In this document: positions 17,245 through 25,571 of the stretch, one piece after another
Layout of the letters: each line of letters starts with the position of its first letter
How positions within the stretch are numbered: position 1 is the stretch's first letter
IMG/VR virus record: IMGVR_UViG_3300048861_000039
Location: 1-43,036 of that record
Reading direction: 5' to 3' (one strand)
DNA from: a virus
Taxonomy: Duplodnaviria > Caudoviricetes
DNA: 43,036 nt
Notes under the pieces: model-generated
Told to the model about the DNA's origin: nothing
What the model saw: the letters and a program-made list of their open reading frames with translations, nothing else
Databases searched by the model: none
Position numbers and translations under genes: made by a program

Positions 17245-17423
17245 TGGACATCGAAACCATTATCGAGCGTGCCGGCTTGGAAATGCTCCGATTGGCAGAA
17301 CAGGCGCTCATCAGCCCGACTGGCGAACGCCAGACTAGATGCCGACAAGAGGCTGCGGAATGGGCCACGATCCTTCTCGCCGCAAAGGCTCTCCCCACCT
17401 CTGGCAGTGGAGCGGGGAAGTGA
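17244..17423 (+). CDS. Hypothetical protein
   Basis: GGAGG RBS; TGATG coupling. Confidence 0.55.
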   Translation: MDIETIIERAGLEMLRLAEQALISPTGERQTRCRQEAAEWATILLAAKALPTSGSGAGK

Positions 17424-17605
17424 AGCGCCGGGTCGTGGAGGCGACAATCCGCCAGCGGTCAACGGCGATCCGTCTCGATTGCGGACATGAGCGATCGATA
17501 GGCGGTCACCGATTCCCCAACGGCGATCGTGCTGACCTGCCGTCCACGCTGCTTGGGCGCGAATATGACTGTCAAGACGGCACATGCTGCGGGAGGGCGC
17601 CATGA
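17420..17605 (+). CDS. Small hypothetical protein (LDCGH...C..C)
   Basis: GTGA and ATGA overlaps. Confidence 0.5.
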   Translation: MKRRVVEATIRQRSTAIRLDCGHERSIGGHRFPNGDRADLPSTLLGREYDCQDGTCCGRAP

Positions 17606-17859
17606 CCGACCCTGTGGCTATCGCGCGCTCGTTGAGCAAGGCGCAGCGGGAGATAATCCTGCGTGCCGTTGATGGCATGATCCAGAAATACATGGGTCGA
17701 AAGATAAACGGCGACATGCGCCGAGTTCCTCTCCCGACCATCCGGCGCCTTGAAAGGGCGGGATTGGTTTCCTCTTACCCGCCCAAGCTCACGCCTCTCG
17801 GCCTACAGGTCCGCGCCCTCCTGAGCGCCGCTGGTGGTGGGAGTGGGGCGGATGGGTAG
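17602..17859 (+). CDS. Small winged-helix-like protein
   Basis: LSKAQRE...TIRRLERAGLV...LTPLGLQVRALL. Confidence 0.7.
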   Translation: MTDPVAIARSLSKAQREIILRAVDGMIQKYMGRKINGDMRRVPLPTIRRLERAGLVSSYPPKLTPLGLQVRALLSAAGGGSGADG

Positions 17860-17876
17860 AACGCGCCTTGCGTTCT

Positions 17877-17891
17877 GTTCTCATTTCGTTC
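17877..17891 (+). promoter_or_regulatory. Alphaproteobacterial LexA (SOS) box
   Basis: Exact GTTC-tcatttc-GTTC in an intergenic gap, between TTGCGT and TAGTTT promoter-like hexamers. Confidence 0.8.
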
Positions 17892-17942
17892 TAGTTTCCT
17901 CGTCCGCCAAATGGCGAGTCGAAACATCAACGGAGATCCACC

Positions 17943-18152
17943 GTGCAGCAGCATCTGCGGCATGACGCCCAGCTGCGCGCCGACGTGCGCGCATATTACA
18001 ACGACCAGAGACTGTTCTCCGACGTGCCGCCATTCGAACAGGCTGAGCGACTGAGAACGCCAACATATCTCGAAGCCGTCGCCGTCGCGCAACAGGACCG
18101 CTTGATCGACAGCGAGATGGAGGCCCGCCGACTGCAGATGGCTCTGATCTGA
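17943..18152 (+). CDS. Hypothetical protein, first gene after the SOS box
   Basis: GGAG RBS; GTG start. Confidence 0.65.
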   Translation: MQQHLRHDAQLRADVRAYYNDQRLFSDVPPFEQAERLRTPTYLEAVAVAQQDRLIDSEMEARRLQMALI

Positions 18153-18155
18153 TGC

Positions 18156-18512
18156 ATGACCGGGCCGATCTACCGACGCTTGGACGAACTGAGCATGAAG
18201 GGCGGCGCGGTCATTGTCCGGTGCCGCCACTGCGGCCGGCGGGCAATGTTCAGGACGCACGAGCTCGCCTGCTACTGGCGGATAAAGGCGTGGAACGATG
18301 ATTGGGCGGCACTGCCTCGCAGGTTTCGTTGCGCCCGCCCGCCCGGATGCGGCAAGCGTGGCCCGGAAGTTTGGTTCACGCCAGAGGTTGAGCCAATGAT
18401 GCCGATCTTCACCGAACTTCCTTCGCCCGCGCCCGTCGGCGTGTCCCAGTCCGATTGGAACCGCGCTCGGTCTGAGATCGAGCGCAAGGCGCTGATCAGG
18501 AGAGCACGATGA
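18156..18512 (+). CDS. Zinc-ribbon-like protein
   Basis: CRHCG...FRCARPPGCG. Confidence 0.7.
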   Translation: MTGPIYRRLDELSMKGGAVIVRCRHCGRRAMFRTHELACYWRIKAWNDDWAALPRRFRCARPPGCGKRGPEVWFTPEVEPMMPIFTELPSPAPVGVSQSDWNRARSEIERKALIRRAR

Positions 18513-18817
18513 AACCCGCCCTCAACGACAACCACTTCGCCCGAACGATGCTCGATCATCCCGCGCACGAACACCTGTGGTGGGAGGACGCGAAGGATCG
18601 CCTAGAATGGCGCCCGATCGCCGAGTATATGGAGGGCGAGCTCGCGCTTGGCGAAACTGTCATCCTTAGGGCCGGCGACGCGTGGGTCTATGGCGCATGG
18701 TCAGACGATGGCTGGGTCAAGGTGACTGAGGGCGCCAGTTGGCCGGGCGGCGGCTTCGAGCCGACAGAATGGGCAGAGCCAGCACTGGACGAGGCGATCA
18801 TGCTCGGTCAGGAATAG
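18509..18817 (+). CDS. Trp-rich acidic hypothetical protein
   Basis: ATGA overlap; AGGAG RBS. Confidence 0.65.
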   Translation: MKPALNDNHFARTMLDHPAHEHLWWEDAKDRLEWRPIAEYMEGELALGETVILRAGDAWVYGAWSDDGWVKVTEGASWPGGGFEPTEWAEPALDEAIMLGQE

Positions 18818-18836
18818 CGGCCGGGAGGATCACGCC

Positions 18837-19484
18837 ATCTGCAACCGCGCCCGATACCGTGGAGAGCCTGAGACGCTGCGCGAGCGATTCGGCGCGAAGT
18901 GGCTCGCACCGACACCGAACAGTTGGCCGATCGAGCTTGCGCCCCTCGCCAAGGGCCTCATCATTCGAGAGCAGGACGGCGAGCGCGTCATAGATGCGAT
19001 GGGCTGGGATGTACTTGGCGGCCTCGGCAAGTTCCCGATGACCAACATTCGCCAGCTTGGCCTACCTCAGTGGCGGCGCCTTGCCGCAAAGCCCGAGAAC
19101 CATTGTCTCGTCCCGCTCACCGAATTCTGCGAATGGACCCCGGAGAAGATCAATCTCGGCGACGGCAAGCCGCCCCTAAAGGGCGAGATGTGGTTCTCGG
19201 TGACGGACCAGCCCACCTTCGGCGTCGCGGGTTTCTGGCAGCAGACGAAGAACGGCCCCGGCTTTACGATGGTGACCTGCGATCCCAACGAACTGGTCGC
19301 CCCGATCCACCCGAAGGCGATGATCACGATCCTGCATGAAGCGGACTGGGATCGATGGTTGACCGGCTCATATGAGGATGCGGTCGCGTTGCAGCGGCCC
19401 TATCCGGCCGACAAGATGACCGTGCGCGGGCCGGTGTTTCCGACGCGGACGCCCAAGTCAGATGTCGATCTGACGCTTCTCTAG
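18837..19484 (+). CDS. SRAP/HMCES (YedK-like) abasic-site protecting protein with ATC start
   Basis: GGAGG then ATC-TGC-AAC-CGC ((M)CNR), in frame with CLVPLTEFCEW, AGFW, PIHPKAM. Confidence 0.85.
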   Translation: MCNRARYRGEPETLRERFGAKWLAPTPNSWPIELAPLAKGLIIREQDGERVIDAMGWDVLGGLGKFPMTNIRQLGLPQWRRLAAKPENHCLVPLTEFCEWTPEKINLGDGKPPLKGEMWFSVTDQPTFGVAGFWQQTKNGPGFTMVTCDPNELVAPIHPKAMITILHEADWDRWLTGSYEDAVALQRPYPADKMTVRGPVFPTRTPKSDVDLTLL

Positions 19485-19551
19485 TTCGGCCGCGAGGGCA
19501 TCGGTGCGTGAGGGTGCGTGGATACTTGTGCAAAAAATGGGGCTTTAGAGC

Positions 19552-20316
19552 GTGAAATTTGAATATCCACGCAGCTGTATATTCTGCGCGTCCACTGATC
19601 GGTTAACAAAGGAACACTTCTTCCCCCGGTGGATGAAGAAGCTCAATCTGGAAAACCGGCCAGCGCAACACTTTCTTGACCGCTTCCCCACCGGCGGGCC
19701 TGAGTTCATGGTGACCTCCAAGGGACGCCTGCATCGGTCAGGTAAGGCAATCGATCAGGGTCTGAAATCGGTATGCGAGGCGTGCAATAATGGTTGGATG
19801 GCAAGCCTTCAGAGCCGCGCGTCTGGCACACTGTCTAGCATTATCGATAACGGCGCTTGGGCCATGCCGCCGATGGAGCATCTCATTATTGCGAGATGGG
19901 CCGCCATGACATCTTGCGTGATAGAGACCGCCGATATGGCTACAGCCTTCGCGCTAGCTGAAGATCGTGCCGACATCATGCGCGGGGCCCTTCCACCTCG
20001 ATGGACAGTGGGCATCGCTACAAGGGCGCTCGTTGATCGAAAAATGACTTTTCATCACAAAGCATTCGCTTTGCATGATCTGAATGGGCTGGACGTCGGC
20101 CAAAGCAAGAGTCACCTGACGCTGATTGTTATCGGACGAATCGCAATCATGAATCTTGGCCTCGGTGCCGCGTTCGACGATCTGCCGCTTGGCCGGAAAT
20201 ATCTCCGGCAAATGGGATTCCAGATTATCTCGCCGGAGATCGACGTGCCAACTCCGAGTATCACTGAGGCCAACATCGCTACCGCGCTGCATAGCGTCCT
20301 GCAAATCCGCCCGTGA
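19552..20316 (+). CDS. Moron: HNH-like Zn-binding protein
   Basis: CIFC...LTKEHFFPRW...VCEACNNGWM; visibly more AT-rich. Confidence 0.7.
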   Translation: MKFEYPRSCIFCASTDRLTKEHFFPRWMKKLNLENRPAQHFLDRFPTGGPEFMVTSKGRLHRSGKAIDQGLKSVCEACNNGWMASLQSRASGTLSSIIDNGAWAMPPMEHLIIARWAAMTSCVIETADMATAFALAEDRADIMRGALPPRWTVGIATRALVDRKMTFHHKAFALHDLNGLDVGQSKSHLTLIVIGRIAIMNLGLGAAFDDLPLGRKYLRQMGFQIISPEIDVPTPSITEANIATALHSVLQIRP

Positions 20317-20348
20317 CTGGATGGTCAGCGCTCCCTGCGGACCAACGA

Positions 20349-20543
20349 TTACCCGAGGGCGACACCCGGATTGCGATCATTTTCCGGCTTTCCATAACAC
20401 ACACCCCGCAGCCAGACGTGGCGGTGATCCCACTCGATCGGCTCGCCCGTCACGGGCTGCGGCATATCGCGCTGAGCCCATAGTTCGGTCGCAGGCCATC
20501 GCTCTCCAGCGACAGCCCACGGCCGGTTCACGAGGATGCGCAT
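20349..20543 (-). CDS. Hypothetical protein, end of late operon
   Basis: GGAG RBS; Trp-rich 64 aa. Confidence 0.5.
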   Translation of the reverse strand: MRILVNRPWAVAGERWPATELWAQRDMPQPVTGEPIEWDHRHVWLRGVCYGKPENDRNPGVALG

Positions 20544-20605
20544 GAGATCAGCACCGGACTCCGGGTGTTCGGCCGGGCCAGCGCTGATCACATTGGCGGT
20601 CTGCA

Positions 20606-21085
20606 TCAAGCAGCTGGGACGGCCGGCTCGAGCGGCGTGCTGGACGGCGAGGGGCCACCCCACTTCTGGAGCAGAGCTTCAACGGTCTCGCCCACGAGTT
20701 CAGCGATGGTGCCGACCAAGGGGTTCGTACTGAACGCCGCCGCGACCGCGACGATCGCGCTGTCGAAGTTCGGCAGAGTCGCGCGATAGGCGGCCTGGGC
20801 GACATCGAGCAGCACCGCGAACAGGATGTCGGCGTCCGTCTTGATGCCTTTGGCTTCGGCCGTCTCGACCAGCGCCTTGGCGATTGCGAAGATCTTGTCC
20901 GCGCCGCTCATGCCCGAGGTGTCGAGCGCGAGCTTGGCAGCCAGATCCTTGGCAGCGGCGCCGGCCCAATCGGCGACGTCCTGCTGGATCGTGTGCGTCA
21001 GGTTGGTGGCGTCCTTATTGGCGCCGGGGATGAAGATGCCGGCGATAATGCCGAGCACCTTGGCGATGTCTTTTCCGAGGCTCAT
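20606..21085 (-). CDS. Lysis-region hypothetical protein (Ala-rich, N-terminal hydrophobic helix)
   Basis: AAGGAG RBS; position. Confidence 0.65.
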   Translation of the reverse strand: MSLGKDIAKVLGIIAGIFIPGANKDATNLTHTIQQDVADWAGAAAKDLAAKLALDTSGMSGADKIFAIAKALVETAEAKGIKTDADILFAVLLDVAQAAYRATLPNFDSAIVAVAAAFSTNPLVGTIAELVGETVEALLQKWGGPSPSSTPLEPAVPAA

Positions 21086-21096
21086 GTCATTCTCCT

Positions 21097-21384
21097 TCAG
21101 GGTTGAGGGTCCGAAATTGGGGGAGAGGCCTTGGCCTGCTGCTCGACGATGCTGGCGTTGCGGTCGGCGAGTTCGCCGCCCTGCTTGGTCGCGGCGAAGG
21201 CCCACGACACCGCGCCGTTGATCCAGGCGGTGCCGACGATGAGGATGGCGAGGTTCTTAAAGAACTCGTCCTTGCGGAGATCCGGGACCGTCCAGATCAT
21301 CAGCAGGATGATGAGGACCAGCGCGAAGCTGGCGATCATCACCCAGCCGCGTGCGTCCGGCCAGCCGGGCAGCTTCAATGTCAT
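21097..21384 (-). CDS. Holin-like 2-TM protein
   Basis: Two TM segments; AGGAG RBS; downstream of endolysin. Confidence 0.6.
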   Translation of the reverse strand: MTLKLPGWPDARGWVMIASFALVLIILLMIWTVPDLRKDEFFKNLAILIVGTAWINGAVSWAFAATKQGGELADRNASIVEQQAKASPPISDPQP

Positions 21385-21396
21385 GGCAATCTCCTG

Positions 21397-21585
21397 TCAG
21401 CGATCGAGGATGAAGGCGTTCGGATCACGTCGGTGCGGCGCCATGATCTTCGGACACGCCTCGTAGGCGTGGTCTTTGCCGCCGCAGTAGGTGCAGCGCA
21501 TGCGCGCCCTGGCAGACGATCCGCCCCATGTGTGAGGGCACAGCGCCTTCGTGTGGCGCTCCGAGCCACAGTAGGTGCACCTCAT
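21397..21585 (-). CDS. Tandem CCHC zinc-knuckle protein
   Basis: Two C-x2-C-x4-H-x4-C motifs; ATGA overlap with endolysin. Confidence 0.75.
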   Translation of the reverse strand: MRCTYCGSERHTKALCPHTWGGSSARARMRCTYCGGKDHAYEACPKIMAPHRRDPNAFILDR

Positions 21586-22100
21586 GCCGCGTTCGCCGGC
21601 AGCAAGCCCTCGGCGAGTAGCGCACGCACCTTGGCCGTCACCTCGCCGCGCGTGATGTCGCCATCATGGTTGAGATCGAGGCCGGCGTTCTGAAGATAGA
21701 GCTTCGGGTGATCGCCGCCCTTCTCGAACAGGATTGCGGTATCCGGCTTTCCGACGCCGGCCGGCCAGAGGATCGCGCAGTAGAGATCGCCGAGATTGTG
21801 GAGCTTCCCGCGCCAAGGGCGGAAATAGAGGTCGACATAGTCCAGCTGCGCGAGCGCGGTCATCGCGGCGAGCTTGTCCGTCGTGGTGTGCAGCTGACCG
21901 GCCGTCTGGGGCATGAACTGGATCAGCCCGACCGCGCCGCTGCCGGCGCCATTGCGCACCGACGGCGAAAAGGTGCGGCCGGTCTCCCATGCAATGCACG
22001 CCATGATCGAGGATGGATTGCAGCCGAGGCCGTCGGCGATAGCGCGCACGCGGTCACGGAAGGCGGGCGAGACTCTGCACCCCCATGCGAGTAGGGTCAT
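21582..22100 (-). CDS. Endolysin, lysozyme/lytic transglycosylase fold
   Basis: CIAWETG...GAVGLIQFMP...QLDYV...YLQNAGLD. Confidence 0.88.
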   Translation of the reverse strand: MTLLAWGCRVSPAFRDRVRAIADGLGCNPSSIMACIAWETGRTFSPSVRNGAGSGAVGLIQFMPQTAGQLHTTTDKLAAMTALAQLDYVDLYFRPWRGKLHNLGDLYCAILWPAGVGKPDTAILFEKGGDHPKLYLQNAGLDLNHDGDITRGEVTAKVRALLAEGLLPANAA

Positions 22101-22121
22101 GACGATCTCCGATGCGTGCGG

Positions 22122-22487
22122 TTAGGGTTGCTTGATGCCGAACAGGGTGCGGCCGGCCGCCTGGAAGCGCTCTTGGACCATCGCCATGAAAGCGCTTTTC
22201 CCGACCTCAAGAAGGGAAGAGGCGGCGCCGCCGAACACGATCCCCGTCGCGAAGGCCTTGCCGGGTCCGTAGCTCTGATCGACAATCACGGCGAAGGCGC
22301 CGATCATGCCTACAGCGGTAAAGCTAAGTTCCGCGAAAATGCGCGCCTTCGGCTTGAACAGCGGCACCCGGATAAGCGCGGCGGTCGATACGCCGATCAG
22401 GACGGGCGCAAGCCTGAAGTCGAGCCCGATGAAGGACACGCACCCGGTGCAGATGAGCCCAGCGGCGCGGGCGGTCAGCGGGCTCAT
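22122..22487 (-). CDS. Putative holin (multi-TM)
   Basis: Hydrophobic 121 aa directly upstream of endolysin. Confidence 0.6.
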   Translation of the reverse strand: MSPLTARAAGLICTGCVSFIGLDFRLAPVLIGVSTAALIRVPLFKPKARIFAELSFTAVGMIGAFAVIVDQSYGPGKAFATGIVFGGAASSLLEVGKSAFMAMVQERFQAAGRTLFGIKQP

Positions 22488-23062
22488 CCCGCATGAGCGC
22501 CCATTTGCCCCTTCGCGTACGCCATGAGACACGCGATGAAGCCGACAATTACGGTGATGAGCGCGGCGCGGCCGAGGCGCGGCCAAACTGAAGCTGGCGC
22601 AAAGACGTGCGTGCGCCGCGCGTCGGGCGACGAAAGCTGTAGAAACAGGTGATAATAGATCATTGCGAGCAGCAGCATCCAGCTGCCCCCGAGCGGCAGC
22701 GCCAGATTGTCACCCACCCGGACGATATGAAGAAGCGTCGCCATCGTTTCGCCGGTGACCTCGCCATACAGAGCCATGTAAAGCAGCTGCGGAACGAGCC
22801 TGACCAAGCCGACCATAGGAATGATCGCGAAGATCAGGCGCAGCAGGAAGGCGAGGCTCGTCGGGTGATCGCGGAACCGGCACCGGTAGATGTCGCGCAC
22901 CATCCAGCCGAATATCACGCTGTTGAGCATCGCCAGCCAGAGCAGCGAGAAGAACGACAACCCGTAGAGTCAGCCGTCATTATTGAAGCTGGCCGGATAC
23001 GGCGACATCGTCGTGCTCCACGCCGCGATCTTGGCACTGACGGCGTGGGCGGAAGCGCTCAT
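22484..23062 (-). pseudogene. Multi-TM lysis-region membrane protein interrupted by in-frame TGA at 22970-22972
   Basis: ATG 23062 is coupled to the RBP stop; ...SPYPASFNNDG*LYGLSFFSLLW... continues in frame to 22484. Confidence 0.6.
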
Positions 23063-25104
23063 GCTGCCGCGTGATCGATAACGAACGTAATCGACCCCCC
23101 ACCAGTAATATTGACGTACAGTTCGCGGGCCGCCGCTGGCAGTCCAGCCATCGGAACATCGACCACCTTATTGACGCCCGGCGTGCCCTGATAGACATCG
23201 CCGGCGCCATTGGTGAAGCCGATGTTGATCAAGCCAGCTGCAGTCCCGTCCGTCTTGAACTTGAAGCCGGTGACCTTGTCGCCAATGTCCTGGACCGCGC
23301 GTACAACCTGCCCGTTCGAGGCTGACCCGATCAATTGCCCCCTTTGCGCAGGCGAGACGATCTTGCCGCTGTAGGCGGCGCCGTGGGTGCTGTAGAGCGA
23401 CAGATCGTGGCCATTGCCGGTGAGATCCCGAACATGGAACCCCCGGCTCTCGCCCGCATCTGCCATCGCGTAGATACATGTCGCATCGTCGGGATCGTAA
23501 GCAGAAAGGCTCTTGAACTCAGCGAGCGCCGACGGCGCGTCCTTGGCCGCATTGAACACACGAAGCCGGGCGACCCGCGTACTCAGATACAGTGGGATGA
23601 TCGCAGGCGATCCCACGTCGACCGCGTGCGCCTCCGGCACGCCGACGCTCTTGCCGTTGATATAGCAGGACACCTGGCCGCTAGCCCGGACAAGCCGTAG
23701 CAGCTGCCAGCGGCCGACCGCGATCGACTTCTGAAAGCGCACCTGCGGGGCGCCGTCGGGCAGCACGTAGGCGTCGAAATAGTTGCCGCTGCCAAGAGCG
23801 CCCCACTCGGACGAGCGTGCCGCGTTCGCCAGAAAGGACATACGGGTTAGGCCCGCAGGCACATAGACCCATGCGCTGACAGTATAGTCACCAGTTCCGA
23901 TCGCAGGGAGCGCCGTCGAGAATGGTGCCTCGCTGTGAAACGACAGGTTGTCGCTCGTGCCCTCGATCGCCGCCTTCATCAAAATAGATCGATCCGCGGG
24001 CCGGAGCGGATCATCATACCACGTCGCCTGCGGCAGCGCGGTCGGAACGGCCGGCGTCGGAACGCCGAGCGACAGATATGCCGCCCGCCAGCCGCGCGCG
24101 ATCACCGCGTTGCCCGCGTCCTTCGGGTGGATATTGTCGCCGCGGAAATAGGTCGTGTCCGTGGTGTCGGGCAGCAGCTGCGCCACGTCACAATAGGCGT
24201 CGATCGCCTTGCTACGGCGGACGCCATCATTAACGGCATAGGTCACATCGAGGATCGCCGCAGAAAGACCCGAACTCGGATTGTCCTGCCGGAAGACGCA
24301 AGTGTCGGCGATGACCTGATAGCCATCGGCACGCGCCTGCGCGGTCAGGGCGAAGAGCGCGGTGAGATAGGCCTGCGCCGTGGTGCTGGTGCCGACGATG
24401 TTGACGAAGTCGTTCTCGCCCGTGTGGATAAACAGAATGCCGCGCCGACCTGTCGTATTGGGGGCGTGCGCAGCTGCGTGCAGGCTATACTGCCGCACCG
24501 CGTCGTTATTGGACGCTGCAATGCCGTAGAGCGTGCTATCGAGCAGCGAACCGGCGACCGCAAAATTATACGTCGTAGCCCGCGAGAGCGTCTGCTCGGC
24601 TTGCTGGAGATACGTCTCGATGTGCGTGGTGTTGCCCGCCTGGCTCAGCGCATTCGCGATCGAGTCTCCGATCACTACAATATCGACGCCCTGACCGTAG
24701 AACGACGGAGATTCCGGCGCAGCCGGCCCGATAGCGGCAATCGCCGATCCTGCTGGCTTCTGCCACACCCACGGAAAACCCCCGTTCGTTTCATCTGCGA
24801 AGATGATGAACTTGGTGCCGTCGGCGATGGTAGCCGCCACAGCAGCCGCGTGTGTGGTGAAACTTGCCGTTACCCCGGCCAACATGGCCACAGCTGCAGC
24901 GCTAAGCTGCGCCGCGCTGGCCCCTGCCGTAGCTAGCGCCGCATATCCTGGCGTTCCCGCGAGAAGCGCCGTGTACTGCTGCTCCGTGCCTTGGTACCCG
25001 GCCATCACCGCTTGATCGAACGCAGACGCACCCGGCGTTCCGTCCGTCCCATTCCGCCCGCGCAGACCACCGATGGTCCCGCTGGCAATTTGCGTAGCGC
25101 TCAT
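23059..25104 (-). CDS. Receptor-binding tail protein with SGNH/GDSL esterase and LamG-like domains
   Basis: VVIGDS, AVAGS, GEND, DNIHP blocks; YTVSAWVY...YINGK LamG pattern. Confidence 0.8.
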   Translation of the reverse strand: MSATQIASGTIGGLRGRNGTDGTPGASAFDQAVMAGYQGTEQQYTALLAGTPGYAALATAGASAAQLSAAAVAMLAGVTASFTTHAAAVAATIADGTKFIIFADETNGGFPWVWQKPAGSAIAAIGPAAPESPSFYGQGVDIVVIGDSIANALSQAGNTTHIETYLQQAEQTLSRATTYNFAVAGSLLDSTLYGIAASNNDAVRQYSLHAAAHAPNTTGRRGILFIHTGENDFVNIVGTSTTAQAYLTALFALTAQARADGYQVIADTCVFRQDNPSSGLSAAILDVTYAVNDGVRRSKAIDAYCDVAQLLPDTTDTTYFRGDNIHPKDAGNAVIARGWRAAYLSLGVPTPAVPTALPQATWYDDPLRPADRSILMKAAIEGTSDNLSFHSEAPFSTALPAIGTGDYTVSAWVYVPAGLTRMSFLANAARSSEWGALGSGNYFDAYVLPDGAPQVRFQKSIAVGRWQLLRLVRASGQVSCYINGKSVGVPEAHAVDVGSPAIIPLYLSTRVARLRVFNAAKDAPSALAEFKSLSAYDPDDATCIYAMADAGESRGFHVRDLTGNGHDLSLYSTHGAAYSGKIVSPAQRGQLIGSASNGQVVRAVQDIGDKVTGFKFKTDGTAAGLINIGFTNGAGDVYQGTPGVNKVVDVPMAGLPAAARELYVNITGGGSITFVIDHAAA

Positions 25105-25514
25105 GCGACAACTCCCGGCCCAAGGATGAAGCTGCCGACCCACAACTGGTCGCGAAGACCGTCCGCGTAGATCAGCATAATTTCGTAGGAGAAGGTCTGG
25201 TCATCGCCGGCCTCGGGCGTGTTGAGCCCCGGCATGGCCGCGAGCGATGCCTTCAAGATGGATGGATTGAGCGTGAGGCAGCGTTGATCCTTCAGAACGC
25301 CGTCGCTCGGATCGATCGCTTGTCCGACCAGTGCGTCAGCGAGCGCGACATTCTCATCGGAAGCCTCGGGCTCGCCGGCCGCGCCGGGATACAGGCGCAC
25401 TTCCAGCTTTACCGTCGCGCCATCGAGCGGCAGCGGGTCGCCGAAATAGTTCGTGTTGAGGGTCGGCGCGAAATCCATGTTTCGCGCCGCCCGCAAGGTC
25501 TGCGAGATTGGCAT
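25101..25514 (-). CDS. Tail-associated adaptor protein
   Basis: EVRLYPGAAG...GSFILGPGV; position. Confidence 0.6.
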   Translation of the reverse strand: MPISQTLRAARNMDFAPTLNTNYFGDPLPLDGATVKLEVRLYPGAAGEPEASDENVALADALVGQAIDPSDGVLKDQRCLTLNPSILKASLAAMPGLNTPEAGDDQTFSYEIMLIYADGLRDQLWVGSFILGPGVVA

Positions 25515-25535
25515 TGTCAGCTCCGAGAATGCGGA

Positions 25536-25558
25536 GCGGCCCCCGGTAAGAGGGCCGC
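25536..25558. terminator. Intergenic GC hairpin
   Basis: GCGGCCC-ccggtaaga-GGGCCGC; weak U-tract. Confidence 0.35.
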
Positions 25559-25571
25559 ACCTAAGGCGACC

